The notes beneath the pieces are model-generated. The model saw only the letters and a list, made by a program, of their open reading frames with translations, was not told the DNA's origin and ran no database searches. Shown here one piece after another: positions 25,801-38,831 of a stretch of 64,000 nucleotides of DNA (positions within the stretch are counted from its first letter, which is position 1; every line of letters starts with the position of its first letter). Location: assembly GCF_963921235.1 (NCBI RefSeq), contig NC_086097.1, forward strand, positions 129,582,001 to 129,646,000. Direction: 5' to 3'. This DNA is from Mobula hypostoma (lineage: Eukaryota). The translations under genes and the position numbers were made by a program.

Positions 25801-27169
25801 AAAGCTTCTGTAACTGCTTTTGATGGAAAATGCAAAATGTACTGAATGAATGCAGGACAGAATTTGGTCAAGATGCAGTTAAAAATCCTAATAGCTCAGT
25901 ATTATATTTTCATTTAATGACCATATTTTCTATAAAGTAATGACAAAGCAATGTAACTTTCAATTTATAAAATTTCCTGCCGCATAAGGCTTTGAGGCAA
26001 GGTACCTCCAAGTTTCTATTAGAACTAATACCTTGGCATGAGTTGCCACGATTAAACAAAGAGGAAGGGTTAAAAAAATACAACTGCTGAGGCTATCACT
26101 GCTCTTGAACTTATTAGAGAGACTGGTTAAAAATATGTCTCATTGTTTTATTTTATTGACAGGCACATGACTAGCCTAATCCCTGCTTTATGGTCGATGC
26201 ATTAAACACAGATTTAAGGACTGCACATTGGTTTGTTGAAGCACATTTTGTTGTGGTTTGACAATACTTATATGGACTGTTAGTGATGGTGTTCACTGTG
26301 AAATGTATCTTTTTTTTGTGTTCCAGCTGTGACGGCTGAAATTTTGTGTTCACTTTGGTTCAGTGATAACTAACTGGGAGCACTCAGAGTTGGTAGGTTG
26401 TAAGTTCAAGGCCTACTCCAGAATCTTGAGCACTTCAATTTGTTTTCAAAAATTCAAAGTACATTTATTATTAAAGTATGTATGCAGTTAACAACTCCAA
26501 GATTTGTCTTCCCACAGCCAGCCACAAAATAAAGAAAACCATGGAACCTGTTTTAAAAAAAACTATCAAACCAGCAATGTGAAAAAAGAACAAATAGCAC
26601 AAACGGCAAAAGATGAGCGAAAAACGCAGAATATAAAACATCAAATCACAAAACAAATGCTTTAATATTTATTTTTAAGTATTCTCCTAGATTATTGATT
26701 TTACTAAGTTCCAAATAATTGGAAAACATTTTCCCTCTCATTCTGAAAATAGAGAGCATCCATAAAATGTTGGCAGTCTGATTCAATTCACGTTTTCCCA
26801 AATTGTTCCTCAATACAATCTCCTGGTTAATTTGAGATTTTAAGAATATAATAAACCCTGTTGAAATACTCACTTGAGAACAAAATTATCCAAGATGAAA
26901 TGATCTGGTTATTTCTGATCACCAACAGATTCTGCAAAAAAATTTAATAGTCTTTGAACCTGTACAGATAAAAAACAGTAAAGACCAACTTTGAGTCCAT
27001 TTGGAAATAAATAACCACCCTTGTAAAGAACTGTGCAATACAATAAAGGACTTTGCCATTCCGGAGTTAATGCATTTTTACTCTGCCCTGAAGAAAAAGG
27101 AACTCCTACATGTGTACTACTTTTTATATAATCCTGCCTATATCTGGAATTAATCAGGATTACCTAGTC

Positions 27170-27249
27170 AAGGGGTTCCCAACCTGTTTTATGCCATGGA
27201 CACCTAGGATCAATTGAGGGATCTGTAGACCCCAGATTGGGAATCCCTA
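27170..27249. mobile_element. ~80-bp hAT-type MITE (copy 1)
   Basis: AGGGGTTCCCAACC...GATTGGGAATCCCT terminal inverted repeat; homologous to 35138-35217. Confidence 0.65.
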
Positions 27250-28229
27250 CCTGACCTAGACAATCTACACCATTACTTAAAGAAAAGTCAGCTGTTTTTC
27301 TAAGATAGACATTCCTGCCACACATGTGTCAATCAGTTATTGCAATTTCATTATTGAAAATGTATTCTCAGTTCCAATTATTTTATGCAATATTTGAATA
27401 AAGCCATGAGTTTTAACCAAAAACAAAATTCCAAACTTCAATAAGTTTTAACCAAAAGACTACAGATGCTAGAATCTGGAGCAACAAACGCTCAGTTGGA
27501 GGTACTGTGGGTTCCAGGTCCACGTAGTCACTTGCCTTACATTATCTTGCTGACCCAGCATCTGCTGATGTCCTGCAAAGTGGAGTGATCCACACGCGTG
27601 ATACTAAACTGTGGGCAGCAGAGACATCAGCCTTGCCCATGGACTATCTGATCATCTGTCAGCAAATGGCTTTTCCAGTTTTTATATATCTCAGAGATGG
27701 TTGGAATAATAATAGTTAAATATGTTAAAAATTGATGAAAAATTCAAGATTTATAACAAAAAATGTTTAATTATATTGTAGAGAGCAAAATGAAATGGCA
27801 GGTGGGATGGGCACTTGAAATAATAGGCGATTTATTTAAAACTGGTGCGCACAAGGAGATCTGTCAAACTGATTTACCTGAGCGTGAATCTGGTAGAGCT
27901 TTCACATTCTCAGTTGACAAGATCAGCTGTAGAACTACATTTTGATAGCAAAATGGTGGCTGCAGAAAGACTTAATTAAGGAACAGACTCGGTCCTGATT
28001 ACAGAATAAAAAGATTATCCACAGATCTAACAGTAAATCCAGTTTTCTATTACAACAACAATGGATACACTCTATAACGTAATTAGGGAAGTTCTTGAAT
28101 CCTGGCTGGCATTGCTGCTGCATTCCACATTTCTATTTTTGTTTGCAATCCGATGTTACCATATTAGCACAACCCTCTTCACTATTTACTAGTTATTAGT
28201 CCTCACTATACTTTCCCCTATAACAATCA

Positions 28230-30050
28230 AAATAGGCCATTTGTCCCTTTGTGCTTGTTCCACCATTCTTTAAGATCAGGGCTGATATTTAAATTTGGTA
28301 TCATTGTCTCTTGATTATCCAGATATCTAAAAATCTGCTGGTCTGTGTGTGTTAAGCTTACTCAATGACTGAGCCTCTGGAGCTCACGTACAGCACTGAA
28401 AGAGGCCATTCAGCCCATCTAGTCCATGCTGAAAGCCATTTAAACTGCGTACTGCCAACGACCTGCACTGGAACCATAGCCCTCTATATCCCTACTATCC
28501 ATTTACCTATCCAGAATTCTCTTAAATGTTGAAATTGAGCTCGCGTAGATCACTTGTGCTGGCAGCTCATTCCACACTCTCATGACCCTCTGAGTAAAGA
28601 AGTTTCCCCTCATGTTCCCCTTAAACCTCACCTTTCACCCTTAAACCATGACCTCAGGTTGTGGTCTCACCCAAGCTCAGTAGAAAAAGCCTGCTTGCAT
28701 TTACCATATCTATACCCTTCAAAATGTTGTATACATTTTTCAAATCTTCTCTCAATCTTCTATGTTCTAAAGAATACGGTCCTAACCTATTCTATCTTTC
28801 CTTATAATTCAGATCTCCCAGACCCAGTAACATACTCGTGAATTTTCTCTGCACCTTTTCAACCTCGTTTACATCTTTCCTATAGGTAGGTGACCAAAAC
28901 TGCACACAATACAGTACTTCAAATTAGGACTCACCAACTTCAACGTAACATCCCATCTTCTGTATTCAATACATGGATTTATGAAGGCCAATGTGCCAAA
29001 AGCTTTCTTTGCTTCCCTATCTAACTGTGATGCCACTTTCAGCAAATTATGTACCTGTATTCCCAGATCCCTTTGCTCTGCCACACTCATCAGTGCCCTG
29101 TTCACTGTGTAAGACCCTGGTTGCTCCTGCTGAAGTGCAAAACCTTACACTTGTCTGCATTAAATCCCATCTGCTATTTTCAGCCCATTTTCCAGGTGAT
29201 GCAGATCCCTTTGCAAGTCATAGTAGCCTTCCTCACTGACCATTAAACCCCCTGTTTTGGTGTTGCCAGCAAATTTGCTGATCCGGTTAACCACATTATC
29301 ATCTATATAATTGATATAGATGACAAACAAAAAAGGACCCAGCACCGATCCCTGTGGCACACCATCAGTCACAGGCCTCCTGTCAGAGAGGCAACCCTCT
29401 ACAACCACTGTGGGTGAAGGAATTTCATCTCAACTCTGACCTTAATGTCCAGCCTTTTGAGGCCATTACCCTTGGTTCTAGAACTCAGTCTGAGGGAAAA
29501 TCAACTCCAATTTATCTTGTTAGGTTCTGTTTCAATAAGATCATCTCTCCTTCTATAATCGAAGGAATCTGTGAACCTTCGCTGCACTGCTTCCTTCAAT
29601 GTTGCTTCTAGGGTGGGGAGACCTGACCTGTACATAGTATTCCGGATATAATCTCTACATAATTGTAGCAAGACACGCTTGAGCTCAAATATTGAAATAA
29701 AGAAATATGTACGGTTTGCCTTCCCAGTTGTTTTCATGTTAACTTTCTGTGTTTCATGTATGAGAATATTCAGACCCCTCTGAACACCAATACGTGTACT
29801 TTTCGATCATTCACTCTTCAAAAAATACTCCAACCTTTTGTATTTATTCTCCAAAACTGACTAATTTATATTTTCACATTATACTCCATCTGCCTGCCCT
29901 TGCCAATTCACTTAGCTTCTCTGTATCTCCCTCCAGCCTCTCTGCATCCTCCATATAGCCTACCTTACCATCTAATTTTGTTTCATAAACAAACTTAGAT
30001 AAATTACACTTGATCCTTAATACAGAACTTTGATATAGATTGTGAACATC
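28230..30050 (-). mobile_element. Two nested or adjacent CR1 remnants (inner ~28390-29410)
   Basis: [30 protein letters not shown]; second copy LSKFVYETKLDG and EAVQRRFT. Confidence 0.85.
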
Positions 30051-30249
30051 CGGCAATCAATAACTTGGCTCCGTTAGCACTGTTATTCATAGGATCTCAA
30101 CCCAAACATGAATTATTTATTCCTATTGCAACACCTGTAATGACAGTAGCTCAGCAGTTGGCAATATCTACGAATGGAAATGGGTGCGTCAGGTTGAGGT
30201 CTTTCAACTGGATAATCCTTCTCTCTGTTTACTGTCCCATAAGCAACCT

Positions 30250-31570
30250 TTATTCATACCAGTGTATTGTCGCTAACACTATGCACTCCAGTTTTTCATT
30301 TAAAGACATATAAAACTTATAAGACATCTGTGTCATGGTGTTGTTGGGTCTTCTCCGGTTTCTGTTCTGCAGGTGGAAATGGATCAGATGCCATTGTATT
30401 TGCAAAGACTGCAGATGGCTATGAATGGTTGGGCACACTTCTGTGGTCATGAGGATAATCATCCAACTAAGAATATATTGAAAGATTGTTGGAACATCAA
30501 GAGTACTTTCCTTTACCTAGGGTAGATTTGACTCTTCGGTCGAACATGCCCAGAGGTAGTGATGACTCTATTATGCATCATCAATATCATGGAATGGTTC
30601 CAGCATTTACAGATGGTTCTAAAGACCCAGTGTCTCATAACGCCAGTGTAGCAGTCTATGACCCAGAGCTTCAGGTGTCAATTAGAAAAAGGTTATCTAA
30701 TAAACTTTCAGTTTATACTATTGAAATGGTGGCAATCCTTCTTGCATTGCCATGGATAGGGGATGTACAGCCTAACCGTGTTGTCTGTTCTGATTCTTTC
30801 TCCGTATTGTGTAGTCTTAAGGTGGGTGTGTCTTGTAATCGTCCAGACATCTTGTGGAAAGATAGACAAACATTATTACAGCTGCAGTATTTAGGAGCGT
30901 ATGTCTGCTTTTTGTGGATCCCAGCTCATGTAGGGGTGGAAGAAAATGAAGTAGTCAAAAGGCTGGCTCAACAATCTATGAAGGCAAGTGCTGTTGATAC
31001 TGATATTCCACTAAGTAAGGGGGAGGCAAAGGTTTTAACTAAGGACCATGTTCTCTCAATCTGGCAGGGACTGTGGGATACACAATTGAAGGGGAAACGG
31101 TTAAGTGGAATACAGGAAAAGGTTACTCCACTTTGGAGGAGAGGAAGACCCAGAAGGGAAGTAATGAGAACTACTGGACCATACTGGTTTAAATGCCATA
31201 AGGTTCAGACTTGGTCAACATAGTTCAGGTGAAAGTAGACAGTGTCAACTTTCAGAGAAAGTCCCACATGTATTATTGGAATGTAGGGCATGTGAGTGGG
31301 TGAGAAAGCACACCTGGGAAGCAATATTGTTACTTTGGATAGCTTGGTGGGTTTATGGCAGGAGAGAAGTATGAGCAAGTATATAAATCTGTAAAACTTG
31401 TTGGGTAGTTTTATACAATTTAAGTCAATAGCATTGGGGTTTATATTTATAAGTCTTATCCTTATTAATGGTGTCATTTCTTCTTGGGGGTGGTGTTGGT
31501 GGTAGGTGTTACGGCCACTCTCCTGAATCCTCCTCACACTTCCGTTCAGTAGGTGGCGGTAATGCACTTT
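30250..31570 (+). mobile_element. RNase H-encoding non-LTR retrotransposon (I/Nimb type), 3' part
   Basis: ORF 30486-31223: FTDGSK, SVYTIEMVAILLAL, CSDSFS, WIPAHVGVEENE; upstream SPVSVLQVEM..MPL; downstream HVLLEC zinc-knuckle end; 3' motif GTAGGTGGCGGTAATGCAC. Confidence 0.85.
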
Positions 31571-31575
31571 TTCAA

Positions 31576-31730
31576 AAACACTAGAAAATCTGCAGAAAAC
31601 GCACACAAAATGCTGGAGGAACTCAACAGATGGGGTCCTGCTTGAAGAAGGGTTTCGGCCCGAAACGTCAAGCGTTTTCCCTTTTCCATAGATGCTGCCT
31701 GGCCTGCTGAGTTCCTCCAGCGTTTTGTGG
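31576..31730. mobile_element. Penelope-derived fold-back element with a hammerhead-like loop
   Basis: CACAAAATGCTGGAGGAACTCA / TGAGTTCCTCCAGCGTTTTGTG arms; loop TTGAAGAAGGGTTTCGGCCCGAAACGTC. Confidence 0.7.
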
Positions 31731-32170
31731 ATGCGCCTCGTTAGCTGGTCTGACGATAAAAAGCAACAAGAAGGTGGGGAATCCGACGGCGCTGGGACCC
31801 AGCGGAGCAGCCGCTGTAGGGTCGCATGCGCAGTAGGGAGATCTGCTGGCTGCCTGGCAGATGAACGCGGGCGGTAGGAAATGGGCCCGGGTAAGTGGGG
31901 AAGGAAGGGGAGGGGTGGTAGGAGGGTCTGGGGGCAGTTAAATCCGTGGGGCGGGGTGGCTATAGCAAAGTTGGTGGGCTGAGGAAAGAGAGTGAGGCAG
32001 GGGTCGAGGGAAATGTGAGGACTGCAGACTGGGGAGGCGAGGTTAGAGGTTTGGTAGGGTAGTGAAGAAACCGGGTGTATTTGGAGGATGTGAGGGATGG
32101 GGAGAATAAGAAAAAAGGTGCGAGTATAGTGGAAAGCAGGTTGGGTGGGAGAAGGAAAGAAGCGGGGATT
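31730..32170 (+). promoter_or_regulatory. SLC66A2: GC/CpG-rich putative SLC66A2 promoter; non-coding first exon ends at 31890
   Basis: Locally CpG-rich; NRF1-like CGCATGCGCA at 31823-31832; consensus donor CGG|GTAAGT at 31890/31891; GC box GGGGCGGGG at ~31948; G-rich intron start. Confidence 0.65.
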
Positions 32171-33627
32171 TGTGCCATTAGAATACACCTCTAATTGATT
32201 TTAAGATTTCTTTGAGAAAATACACGTTCATGTGTCAACTTGCAGGTCCACACGGGACATCTGGACCCCACACCATGGTTCCATCTCATGACCCACTTGT
32301 GACAGATTATTAGAGGCTGCTGACACACGAGCAACTATTAAGAACTTCATTACAAAACGCGGCAACTCAGGAGAGACCTTCAGCGAAAATTTGAAATACT
32401 TTCATACCGACTGTAATTTTTTCGAATATGATTCAGGTAGTATGTAGGGATATGTTTTATTTGTATCTATTAAATAGAAAAACAGAAAATGGCATCACAG
32501 TGTTAAGAATGACAGCGTTTACACAGTACATTGTGGGGGGCGGGGGGAGACTTTTCATTGATCCATGGCTGAAATAATTACTTATCAAGGATGGTACAGT
32601 AGTATAGACATTTAGACCTTCGGCATCATCACTGACCTCTCCATTAAAAGGTCAGAAGTGAGGATGTGTTTTTGATTTTACCAATGTTCAATTTCACTTC
32701 ACAACTGTGGGTAATTACATAGTCTATACCTGCATGCAGTAAAATCTAGATGAGATACAAGCAGTTAATAATTCCAATAATGTTCAATGGCATTACTAAC
32801 GTTGAACTCTTCCCATCTGACATTCTGAAGGAGCAGAAGATTAACTGGAATAGTCACAAAGGTTATGCCTGCTAAACCAGGTTAGAGGCTGTGTGTATTG
32901 CAGTTACTCTCCAGGTGTGCTAATGTCTTTCCATTATCTGTATGTTGAGACTACTCTTGACATTCTCGAATGAATGCAGCAGCAGCAAACATAGAGCTCT
33001 ACACCATTTGGGAGAAAACGGCTTGCTTGAGTGGCAGCCATTACTTCACGCTAAACACTACTTTCTCCCTCTTGGCACACTGAGGGTTTGGTGAATACCA
33101 TCAACAGCAGTCTCAGTGCTTCCCAAATCCTCCCAATTTCTACCACCCAGGTGAATGAGAACTCTACCACAAGCAATTTCCTCTTTAAATTCTGGCACTG
33201 ATCATTTTCTCACTCTAGTGTTCAACTGCTGGAACAGTCTATCCGTATGGGGTGCAGACTTAGCAATTTACCACCACCTTATCAAGGTTAATTAAACATG
33301 TGCAATAATTATTTGCAATGCCCACATCTGGTGAATGAATTTATTAAAAGAAAGCAACTGAAGACAAGCTGTGACTTTAATCACTGAAAATTGAAAATGT
33401 ATAATCAGATTTATTTTCATGAATTTTTTGTTTTGTAGCATCAGTACAAAGCAGAGACATAAAATTAATACAAATTACAGAAGTAACTGCTGTAAAATAG
33501 AATAATGAAGCTTGTGGGTTCATGGACCACTGAAACTGCTTCTGAATTGTTGCGTGCGAGTCTTTGTTCCATTGCTCAAAACTGGAGGAGTAGACATTCT
33601 GAAGTGTTGCTGGGCTACAGAAAGTTA

Positions 33628-33845
33628 ACACAAGATTCTGCAGATGCTGGAAATCTAGAGCAACACACACAAATACTGGAAGAGCCCTGCACCTCCTTCC
33701 TCTTCTCCACCACCTTATTCTAGCTTCTGCCCCCTTCCTTTCCAGTCCTGGTGAAGAGACTCGGCCTGAAACATCAATTGTTTATTCCCATTCAGATGCA
33801 GCCTGATTTACCAGCTTCCTCCAGAATTTTGTGTGTGTTGGTCTA
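33628..33845. mobile_element. Penelope-derived fold-back element with decayed 13-bp TSD
   Basis: Inverted terminal arms; CTACAGAAAGTTA (33615-33627) vs CTAGAGGAAGTTA (33843-33855); degenerate hammerhead at ~33743-33780. Confidence 0.65.
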
Positions 33846-35137
33846 GAGGAAGTTACAATTAGGGATGACTGAGATTTGGAATGATCTTAACAGTTTTACA
33901 TTCCTAGTATTTTATAAGAACAGGAGGAGGAGGAGAAGACTCTACAGCTCAGCATGCCTATTCAGCCAATCAATAAAACCCAGTTTTTGCTGTTTGGATC
34001 TTTGGCCTTCAATGAGTGTGATAAATAAATGTGAGGTAGGATGCAGTCTGTAGAGAAAAATGGTGGCGCACTCATGCTATGGGTAGTGTACTGACAGAGG
34101 TATATTTCTGATCTCAACTACATGGAGTTAGCACAATGCCCTGCCACATAGAACCATAGAAACTACAGCACAGAAACAGGCCTTTTGGCCCTTCTTGGCA
34201 TCCCAAAGACAAGATGGCTATTAGGCTAATTGGTCTCTGTTGATTGTCCTTTGGGTAGATCACTACTGGGAGAATCATGGGGATGTTAATAGGCATATGA
34301 AAGAGAAAATATTACAGAGAAATAAGGGGGAAATGGGATTGCTGTGGGAGCTGGCATAGATTTGATGGGCTGAATGGTTTGTGTCATAAGGAAATATGAA
34401 GATGTATTACTTTATAGAAGGCTGTTCTGAATTTTGGACTTTCTACTTGTTCTGCTACACATTTTCATTTTTCTTAAGTGAAGAACATTTGGTGTGGTTG
34501 TATGGAAAGCAAAACATGCTATAGGTACCGTGTGGTGTTAATATTGAGCGCCATTAATTTCATGGAGGGCTGTAATCGTAACTGAAGTCTTAATTGCTCT
34601 GATATATCCAATGTAAAATGGTACATATGCGATAGTTAATTACGTGGTTTGAATTATGTTTTGCCAAATGATGTACTATTGTATCTAATAGGGCAAAGAT
34701 TATCTTGTGACAGGCTTTGATTACAGGGAAACTTAGTAATTAACCAGGAGCTCTGTGCCATTGGTGTAAACTATATTGTTGATTCTGTTCTGCATACTTG
34801 TAGCCAAGGTGAATGACAAACTCACTAGATAGCTTTAAAACAGAAATGGACCCTGGGGAAATGGGGCACAAGACACTGATGTGCTATTAGGTGTTAGGTA
34901 CATTAGCTGCTTTACTTTAAGCCAAACACACAATTGGAAATAAATAAACTAACAATCCTGTAAATTCATTTTCTTTCAGATTTATAGCTAGAATTGCCTT
35001 ATTTTTCTCTTACTCCCCCTTCCCTCCTGACTTTAATTTCCTCGAGCATATAATTGTTGCAAGTTTCAGTGTATTTTTGGGCTGTAGAGGACCTAATCAC
35101 ATGATAATGAAACTAATAAAGTCTACTATCATTACAG

Positions 35138-35217
35138 CAGGGCTTCCCAACCTCTTTAATGCTGTGGACCCCCATCATTAACTGAGGGGTTTGTGGACTC
35201 CAGGTTGGGAACTGCTG
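35138..35217. mobile_element. 80-bp hAT-type MITE (copy 2) with 8-bp TSD
   Basis: CAGGGCTTCCCAACC...GGTTGGGAACTGCTG; flanks CATTACAG / CATTACAC. Confidence 0.75.
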
Positions 35218-36624
35218 CATTACACTGAAATTGATGGCAACAATAATTTAGAAATATTCCCTTAAAATCCTTCCTGGTTTACTGCCTAATAATTCTTCAA
35301 CATTCGTAGTTGATTGCATGTCAACCTTCTTGATGATGCCATAGATCCCTTAAAATGGCTGCCTGGTGACAACTCCATGACTTGCATCATTAGATCTTTG
35401 ATAGCTTTCCTCATCACCAGCAAGCACCATTATTCTGGCCTTTGTAGTCCATCCTCACCAAGGTGTACCAAGCACACATTTTCAGTAGAAGTCACTGATT
35501 TTTCCTTTCCTGATCCTGGAGATATAGCATTGCCTTACACTAGGGAAATTGTATGGCCATCAGAAATCGTACCGAGTTCTACTTCCAAGTTCTGAATTGA
35601 TCAGGCTGGGGTTAAACCGGTGGGTTGCTGGAAGGGCCAAGAAGGGTCTATTCCACCCTGTTTCCCTAAATAACAAAAAATACATGCTTAGACTGCAGGA
35701 ATAATGAAGTGGCAAATCTCAAGGCAGGAACAATAATTGCACATGCATTCTGATTAGTTTTGCCTAGAACAATGCAAGGTCTTTATACCGTTGGTTAGTG
35801 GGAGGATAGAGAGATAACCTGTTGAAACAATCAGTTATAAATTTAAACTGTTCAAGGTCGTTTACTGGTGGTAACGTCAGCTGTAACATTACACTGCCGC
35901 TTATTAATTGGGGGAATAGGGACTTAATTCAGGAGAACAATGAGTGTGTAAGAGAGACGAGTCTTTCTTGAAAAGACGAATGTTTTCATTTTGTATCAGT
36001 GAGAGATAAGAACCTTATTGCTCAAACTTTCCTTCTAGTATCAACATTTTATTGTTTCCTATCTTGCTCATTTTAATGATCTTTTAAGGCTTATCTAGGA
36101 AAAGAGGAACGTAACTTTCACAAACCCGTAACTCAGTGTCGAAATGCAATCGAAGGTTTTAACCATAAATAAATGCTTCGTCCCAGTTTCCCGCGGGATC
36201 AATAAAGTATGACTATGTCTTAGAAATACGTACTTTCCAGTGAGACATCATGTGGATGGCTTACAATCAATAAAACGTAATCTGTTTTAACTCATCCTTT
36301 TCCTTACAGTGGGAATAAAATGATGTTTTTTATTGGGTTTTTTTTTCGAAACAAAAATCACGCTTTTTACTATTTCAGTTGTTGGCGTGGCATTGAGGAA
36401 ATCCGGATGTTTAAATGACATCGCGAGAAATTTTAAGGACGTGTTGGTCTCTCCGCGGCGCTCATTTCAACACTGCAATTACCCTACACTTTCGAGACGC
36501 CCGCGGGACCTTTTGCAAGGCTACGAACGCAATGCACCAGCCGGTTGACGATTGGAGATTTGGTGCCTGAAAGGGGTCGACTATCTCTCTCGGAACGTTT
36601 GTTTGGAATCGGGGTGTGAAATAG

Positions 36625-36837
<213 letters not shown>

Positions 36838-37204
36838 TAAGTGTACACGAAACTTTACCAAACTTTCTTACACTCGAGTTAATCGCACGAATCCCCTATT
36901 TTAACCCTTTACTCTAACACTGCGCATGTTTAATTTGATGACTGTGGTTTTGGATACCGATGAATACGGCAATTTAACCTTAGAATCGTGAAGTGTGATG
37001 TCCTAGTGACTTTAATTGATAAAGAATTTACCTGTGCTTTCAGGAAGTTAGTGTGTACGTTTCACAATGCCGCCTAGGCCAAGGGGATTGTGATTTATTG
37101 TACACGTGTGAACATTATTTTGTCTGGATTATACATGGATCATAATTGGATTATACGTTGTAGTTTCATAGATGTGGGTGCGCAAAGTAATAACGAGTTA
37201 TTCA

Positions 37205-38400
37205 GCACCACAGTACAGAAAAGGGCCCTTCGGCCCGTCTAGACCATGCAGAAATATTTTGCCTAGTCCCATTGACCCACACCTGGACCATAGCCCTCCT
37301 TACCCCTCCCATCTATGTACTTAGCCAAACTTCTGTTAAATGTTGCAATCAACCACTTCCACTGGCAGCTTGTTCCACATTCGCACCACCCTCTGAGTGG
37401 GGAGGTTCCCCCTCGGGTTCCCCAAGTATTCCACATTTCACCCTTAACCTATGACCTCTAGTTCAAGTTTCACCCAACCTCAATGAAAAAAGCCTCCTTT
37501 CATTAACCCTCTCTGTACTGCTCATAATTATATATACCTCTATCAAATCCTGTGCTACAGGGTCGGGGTGGGAGATTCCCTGCCTATTTGGCCTTCCCCT
37601 ATAACATACAGTATATCCTCAACATCATTGTATTTTTTTCTGTCCGCTTTTAATCTTATTGATACCTTTCCTGTAGGTAGATGACCAGAATACAACACAA
37701 TACTCCAGATTTGTCCTCACCAATACCTTATACAAGTTCAATATAACGTCCCATCTCCTGTACTTAATACATTGATTATGAAGGGCAATATGCCAAAAAA
37801 TCTCTTTACAACCCTATCTACCTGTAACGCCGCTTTGAAGGATTTATGGATCCATATTTCCAGATCCTTTTGTTCTACCACACTCCTCAATGCTTTACCA
37901 TTCATTGTGTAAGTACTATCATAGTTTGTCCTCCCAAGGTGCATCACCTCACACAAGTCTGCATTAAATTTCATCTAACCATTTATCAGCCCATTTTTCC
38001 AGCTGGTCCAGATTGCACTGATAGACTTTGTCATTGTCCACTACACCGGCTGTCTTTGATGTCATCTGCTGATCCAGTGTACCAGATTATGATCCAGATA
38101 TAGATGACAAACAACAATGGACCCAGTATCAATCGCGGTGGCACACGACTAGTCACAGGCCACCAGTCAGAGAGGCTACCATTTACCATCATTCTCCTGC
38201 TCCTCCTGTGAAGCCAATGTCTAATCCAATTTACTGCCTCATCTTTGCTTTTCTTTTGCTCTCTATATGTCTGTAGAAACTTTTGGGATCCTTCTTTAAC
38301 TTTGTCTGCCAGAGCAACCTCATGCCTTTTAGTCTCCTGTTTTCCTTAAGTGTTTTCTTATATTTCTTGTACTCATTTGTTCCTTGCTGCCTATATTTTA
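37205..38400 (-). mobile_element. CR1-type LINE 3' remnant
   Basis: MKFNADLCEVMHLGRTN..VVEQKDLEIWIH; CR1 3' UTR at ~37210-37250. Confidence 0.85.
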
Positions 38401-38633
38401 TATTCACATTTTTATTTGTTTTTGCACTATTAATTTAACATGCGTATACTGTATATTTATTTTAATTTTTTTCTGTATTTATCATGTATTGCATTGTACT
38501 GCTGCTGCTAAGTTAACAAATTTCACAACATATACCCGTGATATTAAACCTGATTCTGTTAAACTGCTTCTTAACCAGGGCCTCAATATCCCTCGAATCC
38601 AAGGTTCCCTAAACCTGCTAGACTTGTCTTTTA

Positions 38634-38831
38634 AGCAACACACATCAAAGTTGCTGGTGAACGCAGCAGGCCAGGCAGCATCTGTAGGAAGAGGTGCAGT
38701 CGACGTTTCAGGCCGAGACCCAAACGTCGACTGCACCTCTTCCTAGAGATGCTGCCTGGCCTGCTGCGTTCACCAGCAACTTTGATGTGTGTTGCTTGAA
38801 TTTCCAGCATCTGCAGAATTCCTGTTGTTTG
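38634..38831. mobile_element. Young Penelope-derived fold-back insertion: 76-bp inverted arms, 14-bp TSD
   Basis: Arms 38633-38708 / 38722-38797 with one mismatch; AGACTTGTCTTTTA at 38620-38633 and 38832-38845. Confidence 0.92.

Noticed and set aside
26870..26965. Minus-strand exon-like stretch starting CAG|GTTCAAAGACTATTA (VQRLL), reminiscent of HSBP1 exon 2
   Set aside because: Similarity ends after five residues and the frame hits TAA before the GTGAGT donor.
31205..32188. 327-aa minus-strand ORF over the promoter
   Set aside because: Crosses a G-rich intron start, a PLE hairpin and a Nimb tail; low complexity with no domain signal.
35370..35420. Minus-strand peptide RKAIKDLMMQVME resembling HSBP1L1 QKNVKDLMVQAGIE
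   Set aside because: In-frame stop seven codons upstream, no similarity on either side and no fitting splice sites; treated as chance.
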